Assembly: GCA_038870635.1 (NCBI GenBank)
Contig: JAVZJR010000001.1
Location: 90,133-154,132 of the forward strand
Reading direction: 5' to 3'
Source: Candidatus Bilamarchaeaceae archaeon
GTDB taxonomy: Archaea > Micrarchaeota > Micrarchaeia > Anstonellales > Bilamarchaeaceae
Length of the DNA stretch: 64,000 bases
The translations under genes and the position numbers were made by a program. Shown here in pieces: positions 59,435 through 64,000 of the stretch (the first letter of the stretch is position 1; each line of letters opens with the position of its first letter). Below the pieces are notes generated by a model that had not been told where the DNA came from, did no database searches, and saw only the letters and a list, made by a program, of their open reading frames with translations.

Positions 59435-62168
59435 TATTATGGATGTTGATAAAAAAGAACTTAGAAAAAGATTTGCACAAGAGTGGGAAAAACATTACAA
59501 ACTTGAAGCACTTATTTCGCGTGGTTTTAAAAGGCAAAAGTGTAAAAAATGCGGAAAAAATTTCTGGAGTGTAAAAGAGCGCGACCTTTGTGCTGACGCA
59601 AGCTGTATAGGATTTCAATTTGTAGGCAACACACCAGTACAAGATAGATTAGGTTATATTGAAACATGGAAAAAGATAGAAAATTACTTCACGGAAAACA
59701 ACCACACTTACATAAAACCATACCCGACCGTGGCAAGATGGCGTGATGATCTTTATTTTACAATTGCAAGCATAAACGATTTTCAACCATATGTAGTAAA
59801 TGGAGAACTCGACCCGCCTGCAAACCCTCTTATTGTCCCACAACCCTGCATAAGGTTTCCAGACATACAAAATGTTGGTGTTACTGGCTCTCATTACACT
59901 AACTTTGTAATGATTGGCCAGCACGCTTTTAACAACGAAAGAACTGGTTTATTTTATTGGAAAGAGGAAGCAATCAATCATGATATAAACTATCTTAATC
60001 GTTTAGGAATACCACTTGAGGAAATAGTATTTCAAGAAGATGTGTGGGCAGGTGGCGGTAATTTCGGTCCAAGCATGGAATATTTTGTTCGTGGGTTAGA
60101 GCTTGGTAATTGTGTTTTCATGCAGTATGAGATTACACCAAGCGGAGCAAGAGAATTACGCACCAAAGTAATCGACATGGGCGCTGGTCTTAGCAGGCTT
60201 GCGTGGATAACATCAGGAGATCCTACAAGTTATGAAGTGGTTTTTGGAGATGTTGTTGAGATTATGAAAAAAAATGCAGGAATAAAAACAGATAAACAGC
60301 TGTTAACAAAATTTACTCGCCTTGCAGGTAGCTTAAACATAGATGAAGTAGAAGATATAGAAGCGGCAAAAGAAACTGTTGCAAAAGAGCTCGGAATGGA
60401 AAAAAAAGAACTTTTTGAAAAATTAGAACCATTACAAGCTATTTATGCGAGTGCAGACCATCTATTAACTATTTTATTTACAACAACAGATGGCATGTTG
60501 CCTAGCAATGCGGGCGGCGGCTACAATTTAAGAATGATATTACGAAGAACTTTTGGTTTCAACGATCGCTACCATCTTAATTTTGATTATGAAAAAATAA
60601 TAGAAGGACATGCAGCTTACTTAGAGCCAATTTTCCCCCATCTAAAAGATGGTACAGAAACAACAATAGATGTTATAGAAGAAGAAAGAAAAAAATATGA
60701 AAGCACAAAGGAAAAGGCGCGGGTTATCGTAGCTAATATCATCCGAAAAGCAAAGGGAAATGATAAAACTGCTAAAAAAGAAAGTGCATACGAAGCAAAA
60801 AACAAAATAAGTGTAAACGATTTAGTTTTACTCTATAAAAGTCATGGCGTGCCACCCGATTATGTTATTGAAATTGCAAAAGAGAATGATGTAGAAGCGC
60901 AAATGCCCGGTAATTTCTATGAACTAGTAAGAGAAGGAGAAGGCGGTTCTAAGGTTGAAGAAGAAAAGAAAAAAGTATTGGACTTAGATGTAATAGGCTA
61001 CCCAAAAACAGAGGTGCTTTACTATAGCGATATTAGTGAATTTGAAGCTGAAATTATAGATATCACAAAAAACGGCTATGCGGTACTTAATAAAACCGCA
61101 TTTTATCCAGAAGGCGGCGGTCAAGTCGCAGACAAGGGATGGATTGAAGGAATAGAGGTCACAGACGTAATAAAAAAACATGGAGTAGTGCTACATAAAG
61201 TAGCAGAACCAAATAGACTAAAAAAAGGAAAGGTTAGATGCAAAGTAGATACAGCCCGAAGAAAGAGGATAACTACACATCACACTTGCGCGCATCTTTT
61301 AAACGCTGCTGCAAGAGAGGTTCTTGGAGAACACATTTGGCAGGCCGGTTCTTACAAAGATGAAGAGAAAGGACATCTTGATATAACACATTACAAAAAG
61401 ATAACTCAGGATGAATTGGATGAGATAGAGAAAAAAGTAAACGAATACATAAGACAAAATCTTCCAATAAAAGTAGAAGTGCTTCCCAGAAACGTTGCTG
61501 AGCAAAGGTATGGTTTTAGATTGTATCAAGGCGGGGCAGTGCCAGGCAAAGAGCTTCGCATAGTATCTATTGGAGATATCGATCACGAAGCGTGCGGCGG
61601 CACCCACCATATGCTAAAATCCACAGGTGAAATTGGAGTATATAAGATAATAAAAAGAGAAAGCATACAAGACGGCGTAGAGCGAATAACTTATAAAGCA
61701 GGAGATGTAGCCATTAAATATATACAAGAAAGAGAAAAAATGATAAAAAGGACAGCCGCCATAGTAAGTGTAGGGGAAAACGAAATAGAATCCACGATGA
61801 AAAGATTTTTTGAAGAATGGAAGATGCAAAAAAACATTATAGAAAATCTTAGCACCAGATTGGCCGCTGTTGAAAGCCAACAGATAGCCGAAGAACATGC
61901 AAAAACCAAAAAACCAATTTTTAGATTGACTGATCTTGATGTAGAGGTTTTGAAAAAAATAGCGATAACGCTAAGTGCTGAAAACAAAGATATATCGTTT
62001 TGTATACTCAACAAAAAAGGCGACATAGTATGCGCAAGCGGAGAAAATTCGCTTTATAGCGCTGAAGAGATAATGAAAAAAGTTATTGAGAAGTTAGGTG
62101 GAAAAGGCGGAGGAAGCCGAAGGATAGCGTTTGGTAAAGTTTCAAAGATAGGTATTGTTGAGTTTTAA
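59418..62168 (+). CDS. alaS: Alanine--tRNA ligase (archaeal type)
   Basis: VARWRDDLYFTIASI.DFQP, WAGGGN.GP, TAFYPEGGGQ, editing HHTCAH and EACGGTH, C-terminal GGKGGG. Confidence 0.97.
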   Translation: MEKLSDIMDVDKKELRKRFAQEWEKHYKLEALISRGFKRQKCKKCGKNFWSVKERDLCADASCIGFQFVGNTPVQDRLGYIETWKKIENYFTENNHTYIKPYPTVARWRDDLYFTIASINDFQPYVVNGELDPPANPLIVPQPCIRFPDIQNVGVTGSHYTNFVMIGQHAFNNERTGLFYWKEEAINHDINYLNRLGIPLEEIVFQEDVWAGGGNFGPSMEYFVRGLELGNCVFMQYEITPSGARELRTKVIDMGAGLSRLAWITSGDPTSYEVVFGDVVEIMKKNAGIKTDKQLLTKFTRLAGSLNIDEVEDIEAAKETVAKELGMEKKELFEKLEPLQAIYASADHLLTILFTTTDGMLPSNAGGGYNLRMILRRTFGFNDRYHLNFDYEKIIEGHAAYLEPIFPHLKDGTETTIDVIEEERKKYESTKEKARVIVANIIRKAKGNDKTAKKESAYEAKNKISVNDLVLLYKSHGVPPDYVIEIAKENDVEAQMPGNFYELVREGEGGSKVEEEKKKVLDLDVIGYPKTEVLYYSDISEFEAEIIDITKNGYAVLNKTAFYPEGGGQVADKGWIEGIEVTDVIKKHGVVLHKVAEPNRLKKGKVRCKVDTARRKRITTHHTCAHLLNAAAREVLGEHIWQAGSYKDEEKGHLDITHYKKITQDELDEIEKKVNEYIRQNLPIKVEVLPRNVAEQRYGFRLYQGGAVPGKELRIVSIGDIDHEACGGTHHMLKSTGEIGVYKIIKRESIQDGVERITYKAGDVAIKYIQEREKMIKRTAAIVSVGENEIESTMKRFFEEWKMQKNIIENLSTRLAAVESQQIAEEHAKTKKPIFRLTDLDVEVLKKIAITLSAENKDISFCILNKKGDIVCASGENSLYSAEEIMKKVIEKLGGKGGGSRRIAFGKVSKIGIVEF

Positions 62169-62861
62169 CAAAGAAGGTTTTTTCAGAAATTCAAACTTTT
62201 GCGGATTAGCAACAAACTCTAAAAGAATGTCTTTACACTCAAATCCATATCTCTTGTTTATATCATTTGTTTTTACCCTTTCATTTTGTGATATTATATA
62301 ATAAGGATTATGTAAAAAGCCGCCATCAGGTGTAACGTAGTAGGCAGCGCCGTGATTTTTCTTAAACATCGAGTAATCTGATGTAAAATCATCAGCTACG
62401 ATGTTCGAAAGAACAAGCATATCTTTACTACTATTAATTGTGGTATGACAAAAGTTAGGTGGTATCAGAAGGATATCACCTTTTTTGCCCTCTACAATAG
62501 AAACAAAAAAACCACCATTCGAAAGTTCTTTTTGCAAAATAAAGATAGCAGTGCCAGAAAGTATTTGGTAAACTTCAGGATAAGAAAGATTTTTTTCTGC
62601 AATAGGGTGGCAATGGCCATAAGTTTTTGACATTTCCTTTTCTTTTTCCCACACGGGTATAACAGTTATGTCGTAGCGAAGTCCATCTTTTTTTATAATT
62701 TCTCTATACATGTAATATGCATCACCTTCACTTACTGGCTCCTCATTCAAAACATCTTTAAGTTCTGAAAAAGTTCTTACAATAGGATGAATGGTTTTAC
62801 TGTTAGCAATTAAAGTTGTACCCAACAACTCTATACGAAAAGGTTGAGAATAAAAAATCAT
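62142..62861 (-). CDS. Cupin-type glucose-6-phosphate isomerase
   Basis: LRYDITVI, KTYGH.H, YPEVY, IPP...H.TIN, GAAYY. Confidence 0.88.
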   Translation of the reverse strand: MIFYSQPFRIELLGTTLIANSKTIHPIVRTFSELKDVLNEEPVSEGDAYYMYREIIKKDGLRYDITVIPVWEKEKEMSKTYGHCHPIAEKNLSYPEVYQILSGTAIFILQKELSNGGFFVSIVEGKKGDILLIPPNFCHTTINSSKDMLVLSNIVADDFTSDYSMFKKNHGAAYYVTPDGGFLHNPYYIISQNERVKTNDINKRYGFECKDILLEFVANPQKFEFLKKPSLLKLNNTYL

Positions 62862-63238
62862 AACTCTATTACTTCTTTCATCTTTTTAAATTCTAGTCTT
62901 TTTTCCAGCACTTTATTGGCTAAAAGACTTTGTCTTTCAAATTTTAGCACGAGAGACCTCATAAAAAAAATAAATTGTGGATTTTGTTCACCTAATTCTT
63001 TTTCCAAAGAAGCCAATGTCTTCAATGCACCCATAAGAAGAGAAGCATTTATAGTTCCATGGCCATTAAGCGTTTGCAAGTAGCTATCTATTATCCCTTT
63101 TATGAAAAAAACTCTATATCGTGTTCTCTTATTCTTTATGTTTGATAGATTTATTCTCTTCATTATAGCAGACAAAGTAAGCCAATCTTCACTAGCAAGA
63201 ATAGTAGATAAGCTACTAGTTTCTTTTTTTGGGTGCAT
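62858..63238 (-). CDS. Hypothetical protein
   Basis: 126-aa ORF whose end overlaps the PGI start. Confidence 0.55.
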   Translation of the reverse strand: MHPKKETSSLSTILASEDWLTLSAIMKRINLSNIKNKRTRYRVFFIKGIIDSYLQTLNGHGTINASLLMGALKTLASLEKELGEQNPQFIFFMRSLVLKFERQSLLANKVLEKRLEFKKMKEVIEL

Positions 63239-63269
63239 GGAGAATTATTTTAGTGCAAGTTTAAAAATA

Positions 63270-64000
63270 TTATTCTTCGCAAATGCTAAAACCTATTAAA
63301 AACCACGAGGTGTAGGGAATTTTAAAAGACAATTCTGGAACAGATGCCTGCAGTTGCTCTATAAACAATTTTGTAGGTTGCTTTTTATCTTTTCTTAAAA
63401 TTTCTAAATTCAAAACTAATACATCTTCTGCTGTTAGAAAAGCACGTACAAACTTAAGAGTTACTTTATCATTTTTGCTAAGTGGGTCTCCACCTTCAAC
63501 TTCTATTGTTTCACCTTCTTTTAACTCTATAAAATTTGTATTACGAGCTAAAAGAATGAGAGCAACCTTTTTACCAGTTAAACCAAATTGTACTCCACTT
63601 TTTCCTATTGAAGAAACACATTCTAAATTATTATTTTCTTTATATTGTAAAGAAGAATTACCCTCAATATTATTAACAGAATATAGTACAGAACCCCGCT
63701 CTTCTATTTTTTCTATTTTAAGAGAGGCACCACAAGAAAGATAAACCTTTTCTCCTTCTGCTAATATTTTAGTAGAGTATTCATTGTTATTTTCTATTTT
63801 TACTTTTACATAAGAAGGTGGATCACAAGAGAAATTTTTCTGTGTTTGGTAAGGATTGCAAGAGCAAAGTCCAATTAAAAAAATAGAACTCATGAATTTA
63901 GAAAAGACAGATGCTGGTTTTTTTTGCAACTTTTGGTTATTGTGTTCGTCTATTTTTTTATTATCTTTAATATCTTCGGCTTTTCTTCTTAAAAATTTCA
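63270..64000 (-). CDS. Hypothetical membrane-anchored or lipoprotein (5' end at the window edge)
   Basis: Frame open from 63270 to the window end (xTG AAA TTT...); hydrophobic stretch ending LIGLCSC. Confidence 0.55.
   Translation of the reverse strand, partial: KFLRRKAEDIKDNKKIDEHNNQKLQKKPASVFSKFMSSIFLIGLCSCNPYQTQKNFSCDPPSYVKVKIENNNEYSTKILAEGEKVYLSCGASLKIEKIEERGSVLYSVNNIEGNSSLQYKENNNLECVSSIGKSGVQFGLTGKKVALILLARNTNFIELKEGETIEVEGGDPLSKNDKVTLKFVRAFLTAEDVLVLNLEILRKDKKQPTKLFIEQLQASVPELSFKIPYTSWFLIGFSICEE

Overview
AT-rich, gene-dense archaeal chromosome segment. Markers are archaeal (rps6e, eIF2-gamma, RFC-S, eL41, archaeal ProRS/AlaRS, ATP-dependent ligase, PAC2, Dph6, TATA boxes, GGTGA Shine-Dalgarno motifs). 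The gene mix suggests a DPANN archaeon, plausibly Micrarchaeota-like; this is inference. Most of the window is housekeeping or metabolic: a wHTH-hsp20-grpE-dnaK-dnaJ operon, AMP phosphorylase plus R15P isomerase, purH, purM, a thyX-riboflavin operon, secF-secD, Lhr, ino1, pepA, nfo, alaS and a cupin PGI. No transposase, integrase, CRISPR array or rRNA was seen. Highlights: (1) a tRNA-Tyr(GUA) gene with two introns (15/16 and 37/38), where the second intron carries an 8-nt antisense to the D-stem that could enforce ordered splicing; (2) a RelA/SpoT-type synthetase with a degenerate hydrolase-like partner, split at an A7 run; (3) a minimal [FeFe]-hydrogenase translationally coupled to lemA-htpX; (4) a polytopic membrane domain fused to a Cdc48-type double AAA ATPase; (5) a fused archaeal riboflavin synthase-lumazine synthase beside a bacterial-type GTP cyclohydrolase II; (6) grpE apparently starting at ATC; (7) three small genes absent from the ORF track (eL41, a 39-aa Zn ribbon, a 26-aa Cys/Lys peptide). 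All calls come from motif recognition by eye; no searches were run.
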